A stretch of DNA of 64,000 nt from Phaeosaccion multiseriatum (Eukaryota > Protista > Ochrophyta, other classes). The notes beneath the pieces were generated by a model. It made no database searches and was not told where the DNA came from. It saw nothing but the letters and a program-made list of their open reading frames with translations. The stretch spans positions 1,736,001 through 1,800,000 of the forward strand of contig OZ218965.1 of the NCBI GenBank assembly GCA_965112735.1. Direction: 5' to 3'. The position numbers and the translations under genes are program-made. Positions within the stretch are counted from its first letter, which is position 1. Every line of letters starts with the position of its first letter. Of the stretch, positions 11,601-24,279 are shown piece by piece.

Positions 11601-14310
11601 TGGCGCGGCCGCTGCCGCTGCTTCTGCTGCTGCCGCTCGCATCGCCTCCTCCCGCCCCTCCCTTGCTTCCCCCCTGCTGAGGCAGTGGTAAGTAGGGGTT
11701 GCTGCTTCTCCTCCTCCCCTTGTTGGCCTGGTTCAGAATGATGAGCCCCAGGTGGTCCCAGAGCTGAGACACAAGCGCAAAGGCCAAGCAGCGGACCCGG
11801 GGGGGCTGCAGGCGCTCGTCGGCGCAGTGCTGAATGGCGTCGAAGATGGCGGAGATTAAGGCCTGAGGGGAGGGGCGCAGAGGAGAGCAGAGGAGACAGG
11901 ACATGAAGAGTAAGGGCAAGGGTAAGGGCAATGGCAATGACAAGGGAATGAGGCAGGGTATGGGGCGGTAGGGCTATTGAGGTAATGAGCTGTTGAGCTG
12001 TTGAGCTGTTGCGCGATTGAGCGATTGAGCGAACTAAGTAAGCTGCGATCCATCGAGAGAAGTGATACATCAATCGAGTCACACGAGGGCTAGAAGGAAG
12101 GTACAAGAAGCAGGCGTTAGAGGGGTAAGCAAGTGCTAGAAACTGCGTGTGTGTGTGTGCTATGTGTGTACTGTGTGTGTACTGTGTGTGTGCTATGTGT
12201 GTACTGTGTGTGTGTACTGTGTGTGTACTGTGTGTGTGTACTATTTGTGTGCTGTGTGTGTACTGTGTGTGTACTATGTGTGTACTGTGTGTGTGTGTGT
12301 GTGTGTGGGCGCGGGAGACCGCGTAGCATACCATGTTGAGGAAGGACGGCATTCTCTTTTTCCCTCCGAGGACGTCAGGAACGACGTGCCCAGCGAGGGG
12401 CTGCTGTCTGTCCTCCTCGATGGCCTCAACTGTGGCGATGACGAGGTGAATCAGTTTCAGAAACGCAATCGGAGACACACAGAAGTTCTGAGAGGAGGAG
12501 ACAAAGAGAGAGAGGCAGAGAGAGAGGGAGATGGAGAGCGGGAGCGAGAGGAAGAGGACAGAGAGGAGAGAAAATATCGAGTGTTGTTACAAACAGAGAG
12601 AGACAGACAGAGAGGAACGGAGGGAAGGAGGGAGAGAGGCAGGCAGGCGAGGTAGAAGGGCAGGACGTGAGACGGGACCTCCTTTTGGCTGCGCGGTATG
12701 CGGGGAGACATCCATCCACTGCCATCCGCAGTGTCATGTATTCAGGGAGGGAAGGATCCCCGCCCCTGTGCTTGTGTGATTACGGCGACTCTATCGCCCC
12801 TCCCCCCAAGTCGATGAGGAACAAACACCCAACTCCACCTACTTCACCCCACTCCCAGGGTATGTGTGATCGAGGAGAGCGCGCACTGACTCGTCGTACC
12901 TTAAAGTGCTTCGAAATGAGCTGAGGGGTGTGTGCCGGGCCCATGAAGCGGACACAGATGGTGACGCAATCGTGGATGTCGAAGGCGCCCACCTTGCGCC
13001 GCTGCTGCACGAGCATATCAGGGTGCGTGTGCATGCAGAGGAGGAGCGAATGCAGACCTCCCTGGCCTCCTTCGGTGACCATCCAGTGCCGGGCAGACGC
13101 AGACACCACCTGCAGATAGGCCAGAGCCATACAAGGGGTGAGAATCAGACTCTATTCGCGCCAGAGTGAGAGTCAGAGTCCAGAGTCAATGGCAATAGAG
13201 AGCGTTGTCCAGGATGGGGAGGGAAGGCGACAATGACGACGAGATGGACTGCAAATGTCCGTGTGTGTGTGTGTTTTCGTGCATCTGGGAGGCCTGCTAC
13301 CCAACTGGCCCTGACCTCATTGTCCAACAGAGGAAAGAGTTCCCGCAGAAGTTGGCAAGTGTAGCTCGCCATGTTCCTGTTCGTCGAGCGCAGCATGGCC
13401 GCCAAACGCTTCAGGAGGAAGATGACTGCCGTCCCTCCGTCTCGTGCGGCTACGCCACTATTCCTTCGGCCCATGGAGGAGGAGGAGGAGGACGAGGCCT
13501 GATTGGCATCCAAGTTCAGCCTACACTCCTTCAGTAAAAGGTCTCGGAGAACCGGGCCCATGGCAGCAAGCTCTTTGAGCCAGTTGCAAAGGCGGGTGCT
13601 GGAGGAGAAGAGGAGATGGGGAGTTTGAGAACGGCGGGGTGGAGGATGAAAAGGAGGCAGGAGAGTAGGAGAAGCAGGGAAGCAGTAGCACGTACTTGTT
13701 GTCTTGGTTGTCCCTCGCAGCCGTGACCATCCTCGTAAACTCCACGCCGTTGACGCCGTCGAGCAGTATCGCCCCTTGCGTGACTGAGCAGTCCATGTGC
13801 TGGCAGAAGGACGCCAGCAAGAGGACTCCAAGCGACGTGGCATAGCTAGCTTCGATTCCTGGGCGTGCCTCGATAGTCGCAATGTCATCCTCAGAAAGGG
13901 TCCATTGGGGGACAGTGCTGCCACTTCCTCCTCCCCCTCTTCCCTTCCCTGCAGTGTCAGTGTCTTCGCTCCCTCTTCGCCGCCTCATCGCTCCCTTCCG
14001 CACTTTCCCAGTGCCAGAAGGTATCCTATAGTGGAGGTATTGAAGGCATTGGCAGTATGTACAGTAGCGATTTTTGGAAGGAAAGAAGGAAACGTTTTCC
14101 CATCCTCGCGTGTTGGTGCGCGCAATTCACAGCGGGCGAGCCCCGGGGGTTTTTGGCATGCACGCCCTGTGGTTCAATCACCAAAAAGAGCTGCTGCGTT
14201 GATCCCCGCACTGTCCCAACTCTGCTCCTCTTGCTTCCTCCAATTTTGTGTGGCTTGGCCGTCTGAATTTTCCAAGCAACCGCCCTAGGCGCTTTGGCTC
14301 CTCTGTAACT
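6798..14310 (-). CDS. Large multi-exon protein with a predicted helical (ARM-like) body, poly-Q tracts and two C-terminal WW domains
   Basis: Terminal exon (about 9002-6798) encodes WESRVDPETGDAYFVNTRTKESSWDQP and WESKTDPDSGQPYWIHTKTAETTWDKP. Upstream Leu-rich exons with GT-AG borders lie near 9246-9362, 9664-9867, 10284-10730, 10933-11070, 11505-11860, 12330-12480, 12900-13115, 13315-13600, 13695-14025 and 14180-14310. The 5' end is unresolved. Confidence 0.7.
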
Positions 14311-14912
14311 TGCTGACACATACACAGCTCTTGGAGGGGACCAGAAGGGAGGAGAGAGATGAAGGGCTGCAGGAAAGCCGGACTGGTAGGGGTGTGCTGT
14401 GTTCTGGGAAGCGCACAAGCCTTCGTTGGTCCCATAGGTAGGTGCGCGTGATGCTTGTATGGAGGAGTGGGTGAGAAGCTCCCACGTGCTCGCTGGTCAC
14501 CGCAGATGTGCATGTGGGAGGTGGTTTGCCTTTCCCCCCCCCCCGCCCTCCTGCCATTGCCGCGGGTTCGTGTGTGCTGCCTTCTGGTGATGTGGGTCCC
14601 AATAGAGAGCGCGGCCACCGCTGGGCAAATTCAGCGGACGTGCTTGGCCCTTCATAAGAGAAAACATGGGTCACACGCTTTCACCTCTCTCTCTTCATCA
14701 AAAACATGCTCGTTATCGTCCTGTGAGGACGTGCGTTTAATTGTGGAACGGTCGAATTGAAGTCTCTACTGCCAGTCTCACCCTCCTCTCTCTCCTTCCC
14801 CCCCCTGTCCCCCCATTCATCTGCATCAGTCCAAGGTCAAAACAGCCCCTTTAGGGCTAGCCAGAAAGTCCGACAGTCGCGATGCCTCTCTTCTTCCACC
14901 TCTTTCCTGCGA

Positions 14913-15230
14913 ATGGCATCATCTGAGGAGACTGAGACGGCTACCTCCAAAACCAGCAATTTGGCAGCCGCCAGCAGCGGGAAGAAGTGGGACGGGAAGA
15001 GCATTCCAGAGCCGAACGTTCTGCTGGCGACGCTCAGGGCCAACGCCTCATGGGAGCACGGAGACGGGGAGCGCGTTCCTGTGTGGGATGACATGCCAAA
15101 CCCCACGTCCAGTGACATTGACGGGCGGTGGTGGGACGCCTACCTTCCCAGCGAGCAGGAGCAAGATGCGGCGGCGGCGGGCTTCGATTGGCTGAACCCC
15201 GAGGAGTGGGTTGAGAATGCCAAGAAATGA
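14913..15230 (+). CDS. Small (105 aa) acidic, Trp-rich hypothetical protein
   Basis: ATG 14913 to TGA 15230, single exon with coding-like, non-repetitive sequence (KWDGKSIPEP...GRWWDAYLPSEQEQDAAAAGFDWLNPEEW). Head-to-head with the WW gene. Confidence 0.6.
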   Translation: MASSEETETATSKTSNLAAASSGKKWDGKSIPEPNVLLATLRANASWEHGDGERVPVWDDMPNPTSSDIDGRWWDAYLPSEQEQDAAAAGFDWLNPEEWVENAKK

Positions 15231-15987
15231 AACGTCGGGGCGATTGTTTTGTAAAGGCAAAAAAAGTAAGGGCAAAGGGCCATCCATGCGAGCCAAGGCA
15301 AAAAGAAGCTGGAGAGGAGCAGGAGGCTCGCGATAGATACAGTAGGATAGGACACAGGAGCAGGAGGAGGAGGAGGGGGGGGGGGCTGATGCAGGTGAGG
15401 GCGAGCGTACGGCAGCAGGACGAAGGCGGGCAGGCATTGGAATCACCCTTAGGGCGTGGTGCGTGCGAGAGGCTCTGTTTCATGTACGGCTCCACCCCCC
15501 ATTTTGACGCCCGGGGAGAGGTCGGCAGTACGGCGGAGGCGGCCCCCACTGTTTTGGGGAAGGGGGATGTGTCGTGTGACGAGAAGGAGGCTAATTTATA
15601 CAGTAGTACCAAGGCGATTCGCTGACTATACGAATAAGGAGAAAGGATAATTATATATTTTATATACGGCAATCGACCGTTGTGCGTATCAAGCCCGTTG
15701 ATGCCGAACTCTCGTACTCTACGGTTCAGGAGTGAGGAAAGAGGTCAGCCGGCAAGGTGGATGGACCTCCGGCAGCTTCGTGTAAGAGTTGAGCTCTGGT
15801 GAGTTCTCAACAACTTTCAGCGTACGTCCAGCGGCAGTCTCGGCCGCAGCTGACGCTTCTTCAACCGCCTTCATCGCTAACTAAGGTTCGAAATTCTGGA
15901 GCGACCGACGTCATTTTCCCCAACGCCACCTCCGTCTCAGCCTTGAGTGTACTTCCCCAGTCGAGCATGAAGGATATGATCGCTTCG

Positions 15988-17616
15988 TTCTTCCATACCA
16001 ACCTACACCATGACTCGTACCTTTCCACCGCCTCGAGGGAGGCTCTCCATTATCCTGCTTCATGTACAGCGCAGAAGACACGCCACGAGTCGGACTTCGA
16101 CAGGGGCCACTCGCTACGGCCCGCGTCCATGCTGGGCCTTGTACGGCGTGGCGGGCCCGTACAAAGCCGTCGGGGCCCGCCACGCCGTACAAAGCCCAGC
16201 AGGGACGCGGGCTGTCGACTTCCTGGTCCCCGTTTATACAACTCGGCCCACAATAAGTCAGGAAGCTTCCCCTTGAGGTCTGCCTTCACCACCAGCCCCC
16301 GCTCTACTCTCCACTCCTCGCCTTCTGCGTGGTGCCGGTCTTGCCCACCGACTTGGGCCCCCACACCAAAAGGGCGTGCCTTTTCAGAGTCGCCACCGAC
16401 ACGCACACCTCCAGAGCCTCAAGGCAGGCCCTGTCATTGAGGCAAGGTAGCTCCTCCGTGCCTGATACAGACCGAACAAAGTGACGTGAGTGCGCAGTCT
16501 TACAATAAGAGTCGCACTTAATTTTCCACTCTTTACAGCAACACGAGAGCACGCCTTCTTCCATACCAGCCCCCTACGCCATGACTCGTACCTTTCCACC
16601 GCCTCGAAATTTAGAAGGGAAGGGCCGTAGCGAGTGGCCCTTGTCGAAGTCCGACTCGTGGCGTGTCTTCTGCGCTGTACATGAAGCAGAATAATGGAGA
16701 GCCTCTCTCGAGGCTCCCTCGAGGAGGTGGAAAGGGAGGCTCTCCATTATCGTGCATCATGTACAGGGGAGAAGACACGCCACGAGTCGGGCCACTCGCT
16801 ACGGCCCGGTCCCTGTGGGAGTGCAGTATTGAGGGGCGCTTGCTCAAGTCCAGTGTTGTCGGGGCCCGACGCCGTACAAAGCCCAGAAGGGACGCGGGCT
16901 GTCGACTTCCTGGTCCCCGTTTATACAACTCGGCCAACTCGGCCCAATAAGTCAGGAAGCTTCCCCTTGAGGTCTGCCTTCACCACTAGCCCCCCCACTA
17001 CTCTCCACTTCCTCGCCTTCTGCGTGGTGCCGGTCTTGCCCACCGACTTGCGCCCCCACACCAAAAGGGTGTGCCTTTTCAGAGCCGCCACCGACACGCA
17101 CACCTCCAGAGCCTCAAGGCAGGCCCTGTCATTGAGGCAAGGTAGCTCCTCCGTGCCTGATACAGACCGAACAAAGTGACGTGAGTGCGCAGTCTTACAA
17201 TAAGAGTCGCACTTAGTTTTCCACTCTTTACAGCAACACGAGAGCACGCCTTCTTCCATACCAGCCTACGCCATGACTCGTACCTTTCCACCGCCTCGAA
17301 ATTTAGAAGGGAAGGGCCGTAGCGAGTGGCCCTTGTCGAAGTCCGACTCGTGGCGTGTCTTCTGCGCTGTACATGAAGCAGGATAATGGAGAGCCTCCCT
17401 CGAGGCGGTGGAAAGGGAGGCTCTCCATTATCGTGCTCCATGTGCAGGGGATAAGACACGCCACGAGTCGGACTTCGACAGGGGCCACTCGCTACGGCCC
17501 GCGTCCCTGCTGGGCTTTGTACGGCGTGGCGGGCCCCGAACAAAGCCGTCGGGGCCCGCCACGCCGTACAAAGCCCAGCAGGGACGCGGGCCGTAGCGAG
17601 TGCTCCCTGTCGAAGT
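15988..17616. repeat. About 690-bp tandem duplication interleaved with nested inverted repeats and hairpins
   Basis: 16170-16807 is nearly identical to 16860-17500. An 86-bp module occurs forward at 16037, 16734, 17414 and reverse-complemented at 16622, 17314. Hairpins at 16120-16211 and 17472-17616. Confidence 0.92.
16304..17259 (-). pseudogene. Two decayed copies of a P-loop NTPase N-terminal fragment (ATPase_2/STAND-like)
   Basis: ALLVWGPKSVGKT (Walker A at 16337-16360) and TLLVWGRKSVGKT (17032-17055), preceded by NDRACLEAL and followed by W..GLVVKADLKG. Copy 1 is frameshifted and both are truncated. Confidence 0.55.
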
Positions 17617-17719
17617 GCAGTGTTGTCAGCGCCCTTATGGAGGAAGCCCAGCAGGGACGAAGGCCAAAAGAAACGGTCGGGAAAGAAGCAAATGTGCACA
17701 ACACGGGCGCCAGCCCGAG

Positions 17720-17821
17720 CGCTATCCGCTATCGCCGGCGCCAGCCGGCGCGCTATCCGCTATCGCTGCGCAGCCGATCCGCTATCCGCTATCGCCCCCC
17801 CCGGGGCCCAATAGCGCCCTA
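17720..17821. mobile_element. Putative hAT-like DNA transposon terminus with subterminal repeats
   Basis: cgctatccgctatcgc x3 (17720, 17751, 17780), ending in atagcgcccta (reverse complement TAGGGCGCTAT). No matching second terminus was found in the window. Confidence 0.4.
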
Positions 17822-17943
17822 CAAAGTGCGTCAGGTATTGGGGGGGGCAAGATTGACGATTTGGTGATTTGGTGATTCAGACAAATCACAGACAGACGGC
17901 GGAGGGGCGGGGAGGGATTGGAGAAAAAGAAAACACAGCACCC

Positions 17944-20727
17944 ATGGCTGATCCGTTTCAGGCAGCGCTGGAGGGCTTCAAGGCCATAGACGACCAGCAG
18001 CAGGCTTCGAACAAGCGGAGAAGGGTGGAAGATAGGAGAGGGAGCGGGACCAACAGGCAGTCCGTGGGTGAGTTCTCCAAGGCAAGGAAAAGGGAATTTC
18101 TCTCTGTGTGCTGCGCCCCCGTGCCTCGACTGATGAAGGATCTTGCCCTCCCTGCCTCTGTTGTGCGGTGTCCCTCTCGAAGGGGCGGGGAACGGCGGCG
18201 GTGGTGGTGAACGAGCAGCGCGACCCCCGGCTGCGAATGGGTTCCCAGGCATCAACCCCATTGTGGTACCGAGGGAGGTGAGAGAGATTGTGATGATATC
18301 CATATAGAGTCCCAAAGTAAGGCCTAAAAGAGAGATGCTTCGTGGTGGAGAGGAAGAGAGGTGTAGAAGGGCTAACAGAGCTGCATTACTCTAAGATTTG
18401 ACTCCTCTCTCGCCATGGTGTGAAGCGCTCTTAGGGAAACGCCAAAGTAACTTCTTTCTTCAGTTGTAGCCTGCACTGCTTCTCAAGTCGTATGTTTGAC
18501 GAAGCCATCCCTTTCCCGAAGGCGTGAATCTTGTACAGGCGGTATCTAACCCGGGCTTCCGCGGCTCTTGCTGCTTCCTCCCCCCTCCCCTCGCACAGGG
18601 CGCTCTCGGGCCGGCGCTGGACTTCAACTACTGGATACAGCAGACCAACGGAGGACAGGTAGGACTCTACCCGGACTCACTCGCCCTGTTCAGCAGAGAA
18701 GCCCGTCTTTTGCTGTCTCTTCCCCTCCCCTTGCAGGGTGTGGCCGTACTCCCTTTGTCTCTCTTGCCCGCAGCTCGCATTCATTGATTGATCCCCTCCC
18801 TTCCCCATTTCTTCTTTCTCTTCTTCTTCTTCTTCCTCCTCCTCCTCCTCCTTCTCCTCCTCCTCCTCCTCCTCCTCCTCCTCGTCCTTTTATCCTGGTA
18901 CCTGGTGCCAGGTTCGGGATGCCGACATCCGCCAGCTTGTTCAGGATGCTTTGCTAAATTCGCTTGGTGCCCTGAGCGGAAGTGCTCCCTGGCTATGCGA
19001 CAGGGACGGACAGGAGGTAAGCTATCCACCCGCTGACCCAACCTCTTGGCCTTACTCACGCACTCATGCACTCACGCACTCACCCACACACACTCGCTCC
19101 CACACACACACACACACACTCACCCGCTCACGCACTCACTGCTCTGAACCGAACGACAGGTAGATCGCGTCGTTCTTGCGTGTGCTTCAGGCCTGCACAT
19201 TGACCATGTCGCACAACAGGTCAGGAGTATGGGCAAACGTAGTATGGGGAGAAGGAGGAAGGGGAAGGGAAAGGGGAGGAGTATGGGCAGACGGGAGGGA
19301 GAGTACTGCGTCTGTAGGCTCACCCCTCTGGGCTGTTGGATAGAACCAACATGCGATAGGCCTGAGTGAGGGCTGCAAAGATGATGAGACTTTGTGGGGC
19401 GAGGGCGAGAAGAACAAAGGCGAAAGGCGAACAGACAGAGAGCACGTCCGCCACAAGATCGACTTGCCCCCCTGTCGGCATGCATAACCTCTCTTACTCG
19501 TGACATGCCTGCACCACCACCACCCCTCCGACCCGATGTACACCTCTGTGGCACAGTTCGCGAACGGCGAGTGCCCGTTCTTGTCTCGCACAACGACGGT
19601 GCCCACTCGGCATACAGACACGGTGGGCTTACGGCCTCAAGCGCAAGACGTAAGGCAACCTCTGGTGACCATTAGCATTCGTTCATTCAACGGGCGTTCC
19701 GGAAACCCCCCCCTCTCTCTCTTACTGCTCCCACTTCTTTCCCAGTGTGTTTTAGTCTCAGTAATTGCCTCTCTCCCTCCCTCTTCACTTCTGCCCCCCC
19801 CCCCCCTCATCTTCCCTTCCGTGCGGTGTGCTCATGCATCCCTCCCACCCCATCCCCAAAGGCCAGGAGCTGTGTGTCTCTGTTGCTGTGGGGGGAATGC
19901 CCCGTGCCGCTCAAGGACGCGCAGGCCTTGCCTGTAACGGACCTCTTCTCCACTCACCTCGTGACCCTTGAGGGAGGTAGAGGCGTGGTTTGGAGAGACA
20001 CCATCACCTTCTCATGCACCCAAACTAGCACCCAAACTAGCCCAGGCCTAACCAATGGGGGAGAGGGGAGGGCAGCAGATCAGTTCGCTGGAGCAGCAGG
20101 CGAAGGAGGAGGGTCTGAAGATGTGTGTGTATGCTTGGGGTGGATGAAGAAGTCTCGGTCGGGAGAGAAGGGGGAGTGGCGGCTGAAGCGGTGTAGCAGT
20201 AGCAGTGAGGAGGGGCAGGAGCAGGGGCGGGAAGGTAGCGGCGAGAGCAAGAGCAAGAAGAGGAAGCTCAACGACGAGTCGGGCAATGGCAATGGCAAGG
20301 GCAAGGGCAAGGGTAAGGCGGCCGAGCGTTTCGTGCTGGATCTAAAGTTCATGAAGGTAAGGATGATGATGATGGTGATGATGATGATGGTTGATGATGG
20401 TGATGGTGATGGTGATGATGATGATGGTTGATGATGGTGATGGTGATGGTGATGATGACTGATGGTGGTGATGGTGGTGTTGATGATGATGAGAGGCGGG
20501 GCAAGAGGCCGGAAGGAAGAGAGAGAGGAAGGGCCGATCCACCCGATCGTCACCCTCACCCCTCCTCTACACCCCTATGCATCCTATCTCATCAACCCTC
20601 TCAGCTGCGCTCTTTGCGTGCACCTTTGCTCTCTTGACACCGCACCTTCATCGCTTGTCTTGTTTGTTGTTGCTGTCCTCTTGGCTGCCCTGCATGCTCC
20701 AACCGCCCGTGCGTCTCTCTGTGTCTG

Positions 20728-20795
<68 letters not shown>

Positions 20796-20805
20796 GTGTC
20801 TCTCT

Positions 20806-20839
<34 letters not shown>

Positions 20840-23041
20840 CTGTCTGCCTCACCGCCTCCGAAGTATGACGTGGAGTCTCTCTCTGTGGAGATCGCAGAAG
20901 ACGGTGCTCTGACATTTGTGGGCACAGCTCCCGCGGCTGATGACAAGAGCAGGCCTCCCACGCCGCTCTTCCTCCAGCTCAGTAAAGCCATACCCACGTG
21001 CTCGGGCAATAGCGGAGGGGTAGACGGACGAGGGGCAGGAGAAGCAGTGGCAGCAGGAGAAGCAAAAGCGGCGGAAGCAGCAGCAGCAGCAGGAGGAGGA
21101 GGAGGAGGAGGTGGTAGTAGTGGTGGTGGTAGTGATGGTGGTAAGGGGAGCCGAAAGCGGAAGCTGAAACTCGTCTTCCCCTGCGGGAGGTCGGCAGCCA
21201 CGGCTGAGACGGGGGCACCGCCAGCACAACAAGCTTCCGGCGAAGGAAGCGAAGGAGTGGACAAGAAGAGCGGAGAGGATGCGAAGGTGAAGAAGGAGGA
21301 GGAGGAGGAGGAGAAGAAAGAGGAAGAGGAGGAGAAAGTGGAGGTGGACCTGTCCTCCATCAATGTGACGGAGTTCGCCCTGGAGCTGCAGGACCGAGAG
21401 ATGCTCGGCATTCCTGTGTCACTCAAGGGAGAGTTCGGAGAGTACGTGTTGACAGGAGAGCCTCCTCGGCCCGGGCCTGCTTCTCCTGCTGTTGAAGGAG
21501 GCGTCGAAGGAGAAGGAGAAGACGAGGAGGGCGAAGATGGGTCCGTGAGCGTGCCGATGGTTGTGGAGACCGAGGAGGAGAAGGAGGCCAAGAAGAAGAA
21601 GTCGACGAAGGAGGAGGACGAGGAGGAGGGAGAGTCGGAGGAGGAAGGCTGCGTGTCAGAAGCAAAGCCGGCTTCCAAGCCGATAAACTCGCATGTTTCT
21701 TTCTTGAGCAGCGAGGACGAGGACGACGAGGAGGAGGGCTGTATTCCAGAGCCAAAGGTGGCAGCGCCAACACCAAAAGATGCTGGTACTGCTGTACAGG
21801 ATGGCAACAATGGTCAGAAGAGCAAGAGCAGCAGTATGGGAAGCAATGGGACGAATACAGCCAACGGCGAAGCCAGTAGTGACAGGAAGAAGAGGCCCGC
21901 TTTCACGCCCCCCGATGCGTCCCGGCTGCCTGCGTGCAAGAGGGGCCTGAAGCTGGTAGGCGTGGACTGTGAAATGGTCAGCACGGCCAACGGGATGCGA
22001 CTCGCCAGAGTGTCAATGGTCAACGCTCGAGGCGAGGTGATTTACGATGAGCTGGTGAAACCCGGTGCCAAGGTGACGGACCACAACACGGAGTTCAGCG
22101 GTATCACAGAGGAAATGCTCAGAGGGGCCACGTTGACGTTAAGGGACGTCCAGAGACAGGTGCGTGTGTGCGTGAGTGCGTGTGTGCGTGAGTGCGTGTG
22201 GGAGTGTGTTTTATCTTGTTTTTGCCCCCTCTTCTTGCCTGTGGATTCGTTCTCTCTGTACGGCCATCATCGAACCGACCACTAACCACCCACCCACACA
22301 CCCACCCACCCACCCAACCAACCAACCAACCAATCAACCAACCAATCAACCAATCAACCAAACAGCTGGGGACCATTCTAGACGACAAGACGTATCTGGT
22401 CGGGCACAGCCTCGACAGTGACATGCGAGCGCTGAAGATTGTGCATCCCCACATAATCGACACTGCGGCTCTCTACCCCAGCAGCAGAGGGGCGCCTTTC
22501 AAGCGCTCGCTCAAGCAGCTGTCGAAGGAGTTGTTGGGAAGGCAGATTCAGGATTCGAACGCGGGACACGACAGCGTACAGGACGCGACCAGCACCATGC
22601 AACTGGCACTGCTCAAGATGATTAGGGGGCATGAGTATGCGCTGCCGGAGCCGTGGGAGGATGAGGCGGATGGGGCGATGAGGGTGCCGCTGTTCGGTGT
22701 GCTGCTGCGCAACAAGTAAGTGAGAGAGGGGGGGGGGTTAGGCAGGAGGGAGGGAGGGAGGAGGGAGGGGGTACGTGAGAGAGTGCGTGAGTGAGCAAGC
22801 GGAGAAGGGAGGGGTAGGAAGGAGTGGGGAGTAGTAGCGAAGAGACGGCGCAGAGTCCTTCGCGGAAGGAGAAAGAGGTTCCAACAATCGCGCAAGTATA
22901 TTATCTTGTCTCATCTAGCCTTTCTTCTTGTGGCCGCAACAACGCAACCAAAACTTACAGCCACAAGGTCGCTGCGGCTGCGGCTGCGGCGGGCCTCGAC
23001 ACATGCAATGGCAGTAGCAACGATGATGCTCCTTCCCCTCC

Positions 23042-23079
<38 letters not shown>

Positions 23080-24242
23080 GTGGTGGTGGTGGTGGTGGTT
23101 CAAACCGGCCGGTGCGGTGCAGAGTGTTCGGCGACGAGTGCGCAGGCAGCAGCGACGAGTTCTCTCGCCTCTCGACCGTATGGGCCAAGGCGTCCCGAGG
23201 GTACAGGTGAGTTGCGAGTCAATAGGGGGGGGTGGTGTGGTGCACAAGGCGGGGGCGGTGGTGGAGCGCTATGACCTTCCTCCCTCGGCGATGCTTGCAG
23301 TTTGTGTGCTCGTGCATGTGAACACGAAACCCGAGACTGGGTCCATACTGTGCAGCTCTCTCTCCGTGTGTCTGTCTCCGTCAGTCTGTCTCTCTGTCTC
23401 TTATCTCTTCTTCGCCTCTCTCTCTCTCTCTCTCTCCATATATATATCGCGCACTCCCTCTCTCTCTCACACATGTCTCCCCCTCCCTCTCTGTGTCTCT
23501 CGTCCTCTCTGTGTGTGTGTGTGTGTCCAAAAAGGCGAGAGGGGGACTCAATCTTCACCGCCAAACGCGCAGCAGCGGCAGCAGCAGCCACAGCAGCAGC
23601 AGCAGCAGCAGCAGCGGGCGGCAGCGGGGATGGGATGGCACCGGACGGCGGCCTCCTAATCAGGACGTGTCTCGGCGCTGGCGAGGCGGTCCGGTGAGTC
23701 AAAGTCGAAATCAATAGCCGTTTCAGCCGTTTCAGCAGACGAAGAAGGGGCTGTGACGTCTGTATGCCCTGCCCCTCTACGCCTCCTTCTCGCTTCTGCT
23801 CTCCCTCCTACCCGTGTTTCTCATCTCTTCTTCCCCCTGTTGGATGTGCGTGCACAGGGAAGCATCGGCTGCTCTAAAGGAGAACACAAACGGGGCGGAG
23901 TTAATCTACATGGACCTTCCGTGCTCCACCAAACCCGCGGAGATCACACCCCCCTCCAAGTCTGCATCCGCCCCCTCTGCATCGGGCAATGGAGAGGGCG
24001 GGAGTGAGCGTGACATGGAGGGGGGGGAGGAGGAGGAGGGGATGGTGTCGGGGCAGGAGAAGGAAAAGCTCCTTCGGAGCTGCAAAGAGGTGAGAGAGGA
24101 AGAGAGAGGTGGGGGAGGGAGGGAGGGAGGGAGGGAGGAAGGAAGGGAGGACATGGGGGGAGGGAAGAAAAAGGCCCAACGCGGACGAACCTTACATGCG
24201 GGGCAGCGCGGGACTACATGCAAATGAGACCGGAGGGCACAT

Positions 24243-24279
<37 letters not shown>

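Noticed and set aside
15450-15460. tagggcg as the left partner of the 17811-17821 terminus
   Set aside because: Only a 7-bp match, with no subterminal repeats and no matching target-site duplication.
20584-21810. Long antisense and alternate-frame ORFs (e.g. 20584..21810, 6764..7726, 31429..32325, 41280..42356, 43546..44496)
   Set aside because: They are shadows of GC-rich coding sequence or translations of microsatellites, with no domain content.
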